From contig OZ234493.1 of NCBI GenBank assembly GCA_965153455.1, positions 25,782,213-25,846,212 on the forward strand: 64,000 nt of DNA, read 5' to 3'. The stretch comes from Sphagnum compactum. Taxonomy: Eukaryota. The position numbers and the translations under genes are program-made. Below are positions 14,063 to 25,620 of the stretch, in pieces (within the stretch, counting starts at the first letter, position 1; each line of letters opens with the position of its first letter). The notes beneath the pieces are model-generated. The model ran no database searches, was not told the origin of the DNA, and saw only the letters and a list, made by a program, of their open reading frames with translations.

Positions 14063-14546
14063 CCAATTTGCAACCCTTTGGCCAATGTTGTAGCATTTAT
14101 TAGTAACTTGGGGCCAGACAAAAAGCCAAAAATGCTCAAAGTTGGCCCCAAGTTTTTTCAGCGCTGACTCCTATTGTAATGCGGGCCTTAGACTAAATCA
14201 GGGTGTCTGAGTTCAAATTTAACATTTCTTTGATGCCTCTTGGAGTTATTATTGGGGAAAGGAAGGGCTCATTCAAGAAGGTGAATGTATCAATGTAGGT
14301 GCAGGTTCAGCCTGGCCAATAATTACAGGCTTCCCCAATTCCTTCACAAACAACAGACTTGGTTGTGGGCACCATAACACGAAGCAAGTCAGAAAACCAA
14401 AAATCAGCAAAAACTTACTGGCTTTCACTAGGCTAAGGCCTCAGATCTGGGATCCAACATCTTTGCACTTCGCACCAGATGTCAATCGTGCTGACTGTGG
14501 TTCTGCACAGTAGGAGTCAAAAGTGTCTTGCAGTAAAACACCATTA

Positions 14547-14873
14547 GGCCCACTTTAGACGAGGGTCCAGGGGTCCAATTTCCTAGGAACCAATTTGGAC
14601 TCATGAGAAGCAAATTGAATCCTTGAGTTGGAGTGTACCTGGGTCCCTAGCCTGCTTCTTGGTTCTCCAAATCAGGAGCTCTCCTTTTAGCACTGTCTTT
14701 TGGTCTGAACCAATTGATTTTCCCTCTAAAACAGGTGCCATATTAGCCTCAATTTGCCACTTTTGGTCTTGAACCCTCCTCTAAAGGCATCGGGACCAAT
14801 TTAAAGCTTTCGACCAATAAGATTGCTTGAATTCATTGGTCCCTGGACCTTGGACCCTCCTCTAAAGTCGCCC
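14547..14873. mobile_element. PIF/Harbinger (Tourist-like) MITE
   Basis: TIR ggcccactttagacgagggtcca versus inverted gggcgactttagaggagggtcca; TTA TSD at 14544-46 and 14874-76. Confidence 0.85.
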
Positions 14874-15314
14874 TTAGTTTCACAACATGTTTTTCCATAT
14901 TTTATTTAGGGCGCACACATATATACCTCTGTACCAGTGTTTTTTTTCCTTTCCTTCTTTTTTCAATTTTGTGGTTTGTAAACTTTGTCGATTTTTTCCA
15001 TTTTATTTGCATTTTCTTCTCAGATTCACACTATTAAAACGAATTTTCCCAATTTCTTCAAATTTTCTTTGTAGCCACAGTGCCAAAATTCACCAAGAAA
15101 AATCACTCCTCTCTGTACAGAATTTCTTTTGTTTTTCCACTCTGGATTTATGTGCTATGACCGTCCGTGTAATTTTTCCTTCTCCACCCAGGCTGCTCCA
15201 ATCATAGCCACTGGCCAGGGCGAACCGGCACCTACACTGGTACACTCACCTTCTTGAGTGAGGCCTTCTCGTAGAGGCTGTCTTTGTCGATTTAGAGACC
15301 CTGATTTTGTCTAA

Positions 15315-15607
15315 GATCATCTCCACCCCAAAAACTACAAAAAACTGCTTTATGTTAAAATAGAATAGTGTTTAATGATCACTGTCCCCACCCACAAACG
15401 TCATAAAAGTCCCTTTAAACACTCAAAGACCATTATGTCTTTACATCTGCACCAGTAATAGTCACCGTCCAAATCCATGCTAGCTTTTAAAGGGGTTAAA
15501 ATGACCACTGCAAATTGACATAAATACTGGAGAGGAGCATGAGTTACGCTACCCCACTCCAAGACTTAATGAATATGGGTGTTTGCAGGTGTGGGGTGGA
15601 GATGCTC
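15315..15607. mobile_element. Tourist-like MITE
   Basis: TIR ga(t/g)catctccacccca on both ends; TAA TSD at 15312-14 and 15608-10. Confidence 0.85.
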
Positions 15608-15700
15608 TAAGGACGCTACATGTATCTGTAATGTTTTGAAGCTGCCCCCAAAAACTTTGGGATTGTCACGGTGGTTCTATTGTAGGCCAAGTTCATCCAA

Positions 15701-15913
15701 CCAAGGCAACTTGACCCCCCACATTGGGATCATGGTAAAAGCCACAATGCTCATTTAAATTGCTCGTAAATAGTCTAAATATTTCTAGATATCATTTCCC
15801 TAGACTAAGTCAGGGTCCCAAAGTCCTATAAATTTTTGAGGCCTAATACGGCCAATTAAATGGGTTTTGGGGGTTTTTACAGTGATCCCAATGTGGGGCT
15901 CAATTCATCCTGG
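15701..15913. repeat. Inverted-repeat element with ~40-bp arms (probable MITE remnant)
   Basis: ttgaccccccacattgggatcatggtaaaagcc pairs with ggtttttacagtgatcccaatgtggggctcaa. TSD not resolved. Confidence 0.6.
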
Positions 15914-16928
15914 CCGGTCCGCCCAAGGCCCAATGAATCATGCATTGCCCGCAACATTAGCTCTGGCAGAGCGCTTCAATAATGCACTGGGTGAAATCAG
16001 CCAACAGTAGGAAACGTGTGGATGAATAATTGTTTGGGTCAATTTTGAGATATAGCCAAAGTGCCTATCATCGGTAGGAAGATTAGTCAGATTAAGCTAT
16101 GAGCTAAATATGGCATTAGAAAATTTGAAACATATTTCTCTTATTTTTGGCTACCTACTTGAAAACCATGTAAGGAAATCTGACGATTTTTCTTTCAATT
16201 TGGATGAATTTTGGCTATTCAGAATCTCGAAAAGCATTCGATTTTAGCATTTTTTAGATTTATGACTTAGCTTTTTTTCAGCTTTAGTTTTTTGGTAAAA
16301 GAAAGGTTAGTGTGTGGATGTGAACAAAAGTCATGATGATAATAATGGAGGAGGCCAGAGGGAAAACGTAAAGCGCGTTTGACAAGTCTAAAGCTGACAT
16401 TGCATGTTCCATCCTCAATTATGAGTAGAAAATAGAGAGACGTGTTCCAGAAAAGAAAGTAATGAACTGTTCAGTGGCCAAGAAGAAATCGGTAAAGCGC
16501 GTATGCTAGAGTCTGAAGAGTCACGGCAAAACCCTTCTAGAAGTTTCTGGGCGAGGAGAAATTGAAGAAGAAGAAACATCTGCAAGAAAGGTCGAAAAGG
16601 AGTGAGAGAAGAAGTGTGAGAATTCCAGAGAGATCGTGAAGAGGAAAGGGGTGATGTTTTCTGGGGAGATCTAGTGGAAAGATCAGCTTAGCTTGCGGGA
16701 ATTTGTGATGTGAGGGACACCTATCATACCCTGTGTATGGTAATGGGATGGCAAAAGATTCGTAGCAGGTTTTATGGGACCAAAAGGTTAAGAGAAAAAT
16801 ATTTATGAGAGCAGTGAGCAAAAGAAATTTCAATAGTGCGAAATATGGGAAATTCAGATGACCTCAAGGGAAAAGGAGTTGATCTTTCACGAGGGCCACC
16901 AAAAAGAAAGAGAGATGTTGGGCGGATC

Positions 16929-17192
16929 CCTGCTGCGACTGAGACACCTTCGGTCCCCGCTGAAAATGCTCCTTCAAGCTCTGGATGGCACAGCAATGTG
17001 GTGCTTCTTCTTAATTTTATGATGAGCTTTCTTTGCACAGTTTTTTCTTGGGCTTTCTCATGTAAAGATATTGTGCAGATACCTGCTGCGATTGAGACAC
17101 CTTTGGTCCCTTCTGAAAATGCTCCTTCAAGCTCTGGATGGCACGGCAATGTGATGCTTTTTCTTACTCTTATGATGAGCTTTCTTTGCACA
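16929..17192 (+). repeat. 153-bp-period in-frame duplication in NLR exon 1
   Basis: PAATETPSVPAENAPSSSGWHSNVVLLLNFMMSFLCT is repeated as PAAIETPLVPSENAPSSSGWHGNVMLFLTLMMSFLCT. Confidence 0.85.
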
Positions 17193-20100
17193 CTTCCTTC
17201 TTCGGCTTCCCAAGTTACATGTTGAAGTTTGATTTTTCTTTGCTTTTTTAATTTTGTTTGGGTGTTGACAATTTTTCGTGACCCATACAACCACCATAGC
17301 TTATTGTCCTCACAAAGCATCAGGAGAAGGAGGTCTAGTTCAGATTTGAACTCCCAGCCAACAGCTTCGCAACCATACCCTTTAGCCATTAGGGTACCTG
17401 AATGTCCTCAATCATTTACATGTTTTCCTTGTCATACATTTTTACTTTGCTTACTTTCCAGTCTGGTTGTTTAGATAAAACAATATGAAATGATGTTTAA
17501 AAGAATGGAGTGATCATTTGGTCGGCAGCTCATTTGCTATAACAAGTAGAATTGGTGAAAGGGAAATTTGTCAAAATTTGGCATTAATTAAGAATATATT
17601 GAACTTGTAAGGATTGGAACTTTCATTATAGATTATGAGTTAAATTCAATGTGTACTCTTAATCCAACAACCTAAAGCAAATTATTAAAATGCTCTTGGA
17701 CATTCTAATTGGGTTTGTGTCCCAATTCCTTAGCCATCAAAGGCCTTAGAGGCCCAATTGTTGGGGAACATGTCATGAAATACAAGTGAACCAAACTAGA
17801 TGGCTCAGTTAATCAACCCAAACTTGAAAGAATCCAATTCTTAGCATTAACCTTTATTGTTTGGCATGCGTTCCACTTACTATGTAACAACATTTACTTA
17901 TTGAACTATGTTTTGAAGCTTTGAGGTCTATGACAAGAGAATGATCTTCATTTGTTAGTTATACAAAATAGATTTGGTATTCGCTGATTCATCTATTATT
18001 GTCATCTTGTTAAACTTAATCTCTTCAACTAATTATTGCCTTTATCTAACTACTATAATTTGTATATTGCATTTCTCTTATTTCATGTATAGTCAAATAA
18101 TTTCCAAGAAACATATGAAGCATTGTGTTGATTCGTTTTCATTTTCTTTGCAGAAATATCTAGTGCATGATTTAAATCCCACTTGTAATTCCAATAATCC
18201 AAACTTGACCATCGTTTTTTTTCATGGGATTGCTTTTGGCACGAATGATGAATGGAAGGAAACATGGACAACACGCCCCACCAACGATAGAGAAGAGTGC
18301 ATATGTTGGCCAGAAAAGTGGCTACCCGAAGACTTAAACAACAATGTTCCAATTTTATCATTGTCCTATGATTCTAACATTGTGGGAAGTGTTCACAATG
18401 ATGTGACTGAAATTGGTAAAAACCTCATTCAAAGTTTGTTTGCAAATTCAAGGTGTGACAATCTCCTCTATTAATGGACACATTAATTACTACTCCTTGT
18501 GTACATTAAAGCTAATTTTTTACACCTTTAAAAAAATTTACATGTTTTGCACAAGTTAATTGTTCATGTGTACTAGTATTGTGATACACACTAACAAGTT
18601 TCAATTTATTTGAATTGTTAGGTTCATGTAAGAGAACATAAAATGGGGCTTAAATGCAAATGTTTTTGTTTAAAAATAATAGCAAAGTCTATGTTCATAT
18701 TATAAGTTCATGGTACAACTAGTTTAGTTTTTATGACAATTTTTAGTTCGTGTTTTTTGAAGCTTTATCTTTGATAATGCAATTGAATTGAATTGAATTG
18801 AATTAATACATGTGTAGATAATTTTCATCCATTTCATTGCAAAAAAAAATTATTTGAAAAAATAGGGTATATATATATATTATTTTTAAAAATTTCAACT
18901 ATATTTCCAACGTAACACATAGAAGATGAGTTGTACATTAACAAAAAAGTGTACACACCTACATACTTGTGCATAATAATCGTTTTACCAAAACATGGTT
19001 GTCACATTTTCTAGGTAGATTAATGGAGTCAATAAACGAAAAATGACATAGGACAAGCAAATCAATTATGAACTTATGGCTTTGGTCATGTGTGAATTGG
19101 AAAATTGCCCCCAAGTATAATAGGATAACATTGTACATGCTAATACAATGTTGATAATGGAATTTTGGTGCATTGTTGAATATTTTGTAGATATCAATCC
19201 CTTTGGGATGGACCGGTGGCATTAGTTGCTTATAGTTTTGGAGGTCTTGTACTCAAAAGTTTAGTGGTTGAAGCTTACAAACATGTATATCAACGGCCAA
19301 AAAATGGTTTGGATGATGAAATACACAAATGTTGTAAAACATTTTTGAACAATGTCAAAGGTGTAATATTTTATGGTGTACCACATTCTGGTGGTACCCA
19401 AAATTTGTCAGAATATTTCAATTGGCAATATCAACAAATCAACACATTCAACAAATATTCTACCCAACCTAGTTTTTCAAGAAATATAGAACCTTTCAAC
19501 CAACAAATGGAATACCTCTCAAAGGCATTTAAAGATGCCGTTCATGAAGACCTCAACATTTATGCATTTGGCGAAGGATTACCACTCGACGAGAATTGGG
19601 TAAGATTTTCATTTCACCACATTGAAAGTTATCCAACAAGGTTCATTAGTTGAACATTTTTTGTATTGTCAAAACTTGTGTGGGATTATGTACTCAATAC
19701 TTCTGAATGTATTAATGTGGTGAATGGGTCATGTGTTTTATGAACTGTGTTTCATGAATTACTATTGATGGAAAGGAAATTTGATTGATCTCAAACATCA
19801 AGAAATAGGTTTAAATTTTCCCTTCATCAAATCAATTACATATAAATATTTTAAATGAAAATCATAACATCGTTAAAACATGTAAGATTCATGAGATTAA
19901 AAACCAATAACTTTGTGATGTATTTATATAAGTTGCTTACCAAAGGGTTGAAGGAAATTACGTGTACACAATATTTCATTTTATTCAAAGATCAATAGTT
20001 ATTAAGCTATAGTTTCCACCACCATTTAGCTTATAAGTTAAAGCATAAGTGACGAAACAAATCAATGAGTTCCGTTAACTTAATCTTTTGCACATGCAGG

Positions 20101-21889
20101 GAATTTTAGTGCCATATGTCTCAGCTATTCAGTTGTCAAACAACAACCATTACAAAATGGAGGATGCTAATCACTTGACAATCTGCAAGCCACCAAACAA
20201 AGTTCATCCAAGTTATTCTTTATTGTTAAATTGTTTGAGAATATGTATGAAGGTAAAAACATCAAATCTAATTCTTTTCACTTCATATATGTTCATGTAA
20301 TTTGATACACATTAGGTCATAACACACTTGATGTGTATAACATATGCAATGTCAGATATATTGGTTATCAAATACGAAAGATAACATATAAATGACCTAT
20401 ATTTTATGAATTTTGACAGAAAAATATATTGCTGCCACCGTTACCATGTCATGAGGTGGCGTTGATTGACAAAGCACAAGACATAAACATCTTGTTACAA
20501 CAGAAATCTATTGTTGGTTTGGTTGGAATGGGTGGGATTAGGAAGACGACTTTGAGCAACAAATTCTATCATATGTTCCACAACCAATATGATAAGTCTA
20601 GTTTTTTGGAGGATGTGAATTCAAAGGACAATATCAATGATGTCATAAAACAACTCCTACATGATTTGTGTGGCAAAAGGTTATGCAAAGATGAAAATGT
20701 GAATAAAGAAGACCTTGACAAAATTAGGCAATGTATGATATCAAAGAAAGTGTTGGTGGTGGTGGATAATGTTGGTAAGGAGGAGAACCTTACATCTTTG
20801 CCAATTTTCATTGATAAGGCTGCAAAAAATCCAATTTCTAAAAGCAGAGTACTTGTGAATTGTCGAAATTGGCAAAGTTTGGAATCTCATGTAAGTGAGG
20901 ATGGAAAAGTGGACATGAAACCTTTGGAGGAAAAGCAAGCAAGGGAACTATTTATGTTCCATGCATTGGGTAATGGAAATCATGTTCCAAGAAAAGATTT
21001 CAATGATATATGTATGAAGATTATAAAAGCTTGCGGGGGGCTCCCTTTAAGTCTTAAAGTATTGGGTTCTTTTTTGTGCAATACTAAAAATTTAAATCTG
21101 TGGGAAGGTGCATTGAACAAATTGAAAAGTGGGCAAAGTCTCACTGGGGGCAATGATAATGAAAAGCTTTGGAGTGTATTAAGGATTTCTTATGACCATT
21201 TGGATAAGCAACTTCAAGACATGTTTTTGGATATTGCTTGTTTTTTTGGTGGTTTGAAAATAAGTACAATTTGTCGAGCGTGGACGGGAAATTATGAATA
21301 CCCAAAGTTTGATTTACAAAATTTACAAGATAGATCTTTAATCCAATGGAAAGAAGGTGGATTCTTATACATACATGAACAATTACGAGACATGGGTCAG
21401 AGTATTGCAATGGAACCACCAATTATGAATCGATTTATATGGAAATCACATCAGTCAAATTATTTTTTGCAAAAGGATAAGGTTGTCATTATACTATTTC
21501 AATCCTATAATTTTATTTCAGTTTCCTATGATTTTTTGTTATGTCCGAAACCAAATGTTTTAGCTTTGAATTTTGATTTTATAAATATATGTTTTTTTTT
21601 TATAAAATTTGGCATTATGATGAAATGTTCTTTTACATTGATAATCCTTTTTGTTTTCATTTCATGTGATAGGTGGTGAAAAATTTAGAGGGCATTTCAT
21701 TGAAAAAATGTCTCAATTTGCCCCAAATCGACTCAAAGGGATTTCGCAACCTTAGGTTGGTTGACCTAACAGAGGCTTCACCAACTATTGTGGAAAATTG
21801 CATCCAAGGGCGAAATTTGAATAATGTTAAATGGTTATGCCTAAAAAACTGCATGATTCAAAAGTTGCCAAATAATTTATTTTATTGTT

Positions 21890-24800
21890 TACAATTACAA
21901 GTACTTGATTTGGCACAATGCCAAAGTTTGGAAGAAATACCTTCATCTATTGGCCAATTGAATGCACTCCAAGAGCTTGATTTGCGAAGGTGTTCCAACT
22001 TGAAAGAACTACCTTCATCTATTGACCAATTAAATGCACTCCAAGAGCTTAATTTGCGAGGGTGTTCCAACTTGAAAGAACTACCTTCATCTATTGGCCA
22101 ATTGAATGCACTCCAAAAATTTGATTTATCAGGGTGTTCCAATTTGAAAAAACTACCTTCATCTATTGGCCAATTGAATGCACTCCAAGGGCTTTATCTC
22201 TCACAGTGTTCCAATTTGAAAGAATTACCTTCATCTATTGGCCAATTGAATGCACTCCAAAAGCTTGATTTATGGGGGTGTTCCGAGTTGAAGGAACTAC
22301 CTTCATCTATTGGCCAATTAAATGCACTCCCAAAGCTTGATTTGCGAAAGTGCTCTAAGTTGAAAGAATTACCTTCATCTATTGGCCAATTGAATACACT
22401 TCAAAAGCTTAATTTGTGGAAATGTTCCGAGTTGAAAGAACTACCTTCATCTATTGGTCAATTGAATGCACTCCAAGAGCTTGATTTGCGCGGGTGTTCC
22501 GAGTTGAAAGAACTACCTTCATCTATTAGCCAATTGAATGCACTCCAAGGGCTTTATTTCTCACAGTGTTCCAATTTGAAAGAATTACCTTCATCTATTG
22601 GCCGATTGAATGCACTCCAAAAGCTTGATTTGTGGGGGTGTTCCAAGTTGAAAGAACTACCTTCATCTATTGGCCAATTAAATGCACTCCTAGAGCTTGA
22701 TTTGCGCGGGTGTTCCGAGTTGAAAGAACTACCTTCATCTATTGGCCAATTGAATGCATTTCGAAAGCTTGATTTGCGAAGGTGCTCTAAGTTGAAAGAA
22801 CTACCTTCATCTATTGACCAATTGAATGCACTTCAAAAGCTTGATTTGTGCGGGTGTTCCGAGTTGAAAAAACTACCTTCAACTATTGGCCAATTGAATG
22901 CACTCCAAAAGCTTGATTTGTCATGGTGTTGCAACTTGAAAGAACTACCTTCATCTATTGGCCAATTGAATGCACTCCAAGAGCTTGTTTTGGACGAGTG
23001 TTCCGAATTGAAAGAACTACCTTCATCTATTGGCCAATTGAATGCACTCCAAGAGCTTATTTTGCCCAGGTGTTCCAAGTTCAAAGAATTACCTTCATCT
23101 ATTGGCCAATTAAATGCACTTCAAAAGCTTAATTTGGGTTGGTGTTGCGAGTTGAAAGAATTACCTTCATCTATTGGCCAATTGAATGCACTTCAAAAGC
23201 TTGATTTGCACAGGTGTTCCAAGTTGAAAAAACTACCTTCATCTATTGGCCAATTGAATGCACTCCAAAAGCTTGATTTGCGCGGGTGTTCTGAGTTGAA
23301 AGAACTACCTCCATCTATTGGCCAATTGAATACACTCCAAGGGTTTTATTTGTCAGAGTGTTCTAATTTGAAAGAATTACCTTCATCTATTGGCCAATTG
23401 AATGCACTTCAAAAGCTTGATTTGTGGGGGTGTTCCAAGTTGAAAGAACTACCTTCATCTATTGGCCAATTGAATGCACTACAAAAGCTTGATTTGCACA
23501 GGTGTTCCGAGTTGAAAAAACTACCTTCATCTATTGGCCAATTGAATGCACTCCAAAAGCTTGATTTGCGCGGATGTTTCGAGTTGAAAGAATTACCTTC
23601 ATCTATTGGCCAATTGAATGCACTCCAAGGGCTTTATTTGTCATAGTGTTTTAATTTGAAAGAATTACCTTCATCTATTGGCCAATTGAATGCACTCCAA
23701 AAGCTTGATTTGTGGGGGTGTTCCGAGTTGAAAGAACTACCTTCATCTATTGGCTAATTAAATGCACTCCCAGAGCTTGATTTGCGAAGGTGTTCCAAGT
23801 TGAAAGAACTACATTCATCTATTGGCCAATTGAATGCACTCCAAGGGCTTTATTTGTCAAAGTGTTCCACTTTGAAAGAATTACCTTCATCTGTTGGCCA
23901 ATAGAATGCACTCCAGAAGTTTGATTTGTGTGAGTGTTCCGAGTTGAAAGAATTACCTTCATCTATTGGCTAATTAAATGCACTCCTAGAATCTGATTTG
24001 CGAAGGTGTTCCGAGTTGAAAGAACTACCTTCATCTATTGGCCAATTGAATGCATTTCGAAAGCTTGATTTGTGGGGGTGTTTCGAGTTGAAAAAACTAC
24101 CTTCATTTATTGGTCAATTGAATGCGTTCAAAAGCTTGATTTGGGTTGGTGTTCCGAGTTGAAAGAACTACCTTCATCTATTGGCCAATCGAATGCACTC
24201 CAAAAGCTTATTTTGCAGAGGTGTTTCGAGTTGAAAGAACTACCTTCATCTATTGGCCAACTGAATGCACTCCAAGAGCTTGTTTTGCAAAGGTGTTCCA
24301 AGTTGAAAAAACTACCTTCATCTATTGGCCAATTGAATGCACTTCAAAAGCTTGATTTGTGGGGGTGTTCCGAGTTCAAAGAATTACCTTCATCTATTGG
24401 CCAATTGAATGCATTCTAAGAGCTTGTTTTGCGCGGGTGTTCCAACTTGAAAGAAGTACTTTCATCTATTACCCAATTGAATGTACTCCAAAAGCTTGAT
24501 TTGTCAAGGTGTTCCGATTTGAAAAAACTACCTTTATGTATTGGCCAATTGAATGCACTCCGAAAGTTTGATTTACGAAGGTGTTCTGAGTTGAAAAAAC
24601 TACCTTCATCTATTGGCCAATTGAATGCACTCCAAGGGCTTTATTTGTCACGGTGTTCCAATTTGAAAGAATTACCTTCATTTGTTGCCCAATTAAATGT
24701 ACTCCAAAAGCTTGATTTGTGGGGGTGTTCTAAATTAAAAGAACTACCTTCATCTATTGGCCGATTGAATACACTCCAAAAGTTTGATTTGCGAAGGTGT

Positions 24801-25620
24801 TCCAAGTTGAAAGAAATACCTTCATCTATTGGCCAATTGAATGCACTCCGAAAGCTTTATTTGGTAGGGTGTTCCAAGTTGAAAAAACTACTTTCATTTA
24901 TTGGCCAATTGAATGCACTCCAAGGGCTTTATTTGTCACGGTGCTCCAATATGAAAGAATTACCTTCATCTATTGGCCAATTGAATGCACTCCAAAAAAT
25001 TTATTTAGTAGGGTGTTCCAACTTGGAAGAACTACCTTCATCTATTGGCCAATTGAATGCACTCCAAAATCTTTATTTGGTAGGGTGTTCCAAGTTGAAA
25101 GAACTACCTTCATTTATTGGCCAATTGAATGCACTTCAAGAGCTTAATTTGTCAGGGTGTTCTAACTATCTTCATTTATTGGCTAATTGAATGCGCTCCA
25201 AAAGTTTTATTTGTCAAAGCGTTGCAACTTGAAACAACTACCTTCATCTATTGGCCAATTGAATGCAATCCAAATTTTTATTTGTAAGACTTCTATTTGA
25301 AAGCATCGTGAAAAAAATACATTCATCTATGAATGAATTGAATGCACTCAAAGTGTTTCATTTGTCAAGGTGTTTCAATTTGAAATAATTAGTTTCATCT
25401 ATTGGTCATTGAGTGCACTTATCTATCTTGATTTGTGTAAATGCTTCAATTTGCAAGAATTACTTACATGTACATTGGCCAATTAAATGCACTCCAAAAG
25501 TTTTAGTTGTGAGAGCTTAATTTGTATGAGCTTATAAGAATTATTTACGTTTATTCGCTAATTTAATGCATTCAACGAACTTAATTTGTTAGGGTGTTTC
25601 AATTTGAGATAATTACTTTC
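21890..25620 (+). repeat. 72-bp tandem LRR array, ~47 clear units plus a few degenerate ones
   Basis: Unit LQxLxLxxCSxLKELPSSIGQLNA; the core ccttcatctattggccaattgaatgcactccaa recurs every 72 nt. Confidence 0.97.

Larger units (their letters stand above)
16845..25620 (+). pseudogene. Alpha/beta-hydrolase-NB-ARC-LRR (HNL-type NLR), probably pseudogenised; exons 16845-17393, 18154-18452, 19191-19599, 20100-20252, 20420-21481, 21673-(first LRR stop 23646; decayed LRRs to ~25620)
   Basis: All five GT-AG introns join in phase (0,2,0,0,0). Hydrolase motifs: IVFFHG, WPEKWLPEDL, ILSLSYDS, LVAYSFGGLVLK, FYGVPHSG, ANHLTICKP. NB-ARC motifs: GMGGIRKTT, VLVVVDNV, SRVLVNCR, CGGLPLSLKVLG, FLDIACFF, IHEQLRDMG. 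In-frame TGA at 17223 in exon 1; several stops and frameshifts in the LRR. Exon 1 is less certain than the rest. Confidence 0.88.

Noticed and set aside
21890-25290. CRISPR-like repeat/spacer appearance of the 72-bp array
   Set aside because: The variable parts are mutually homologous, in-frame LRR codons in a spliced eukaryotic gene; no cas genes are present.
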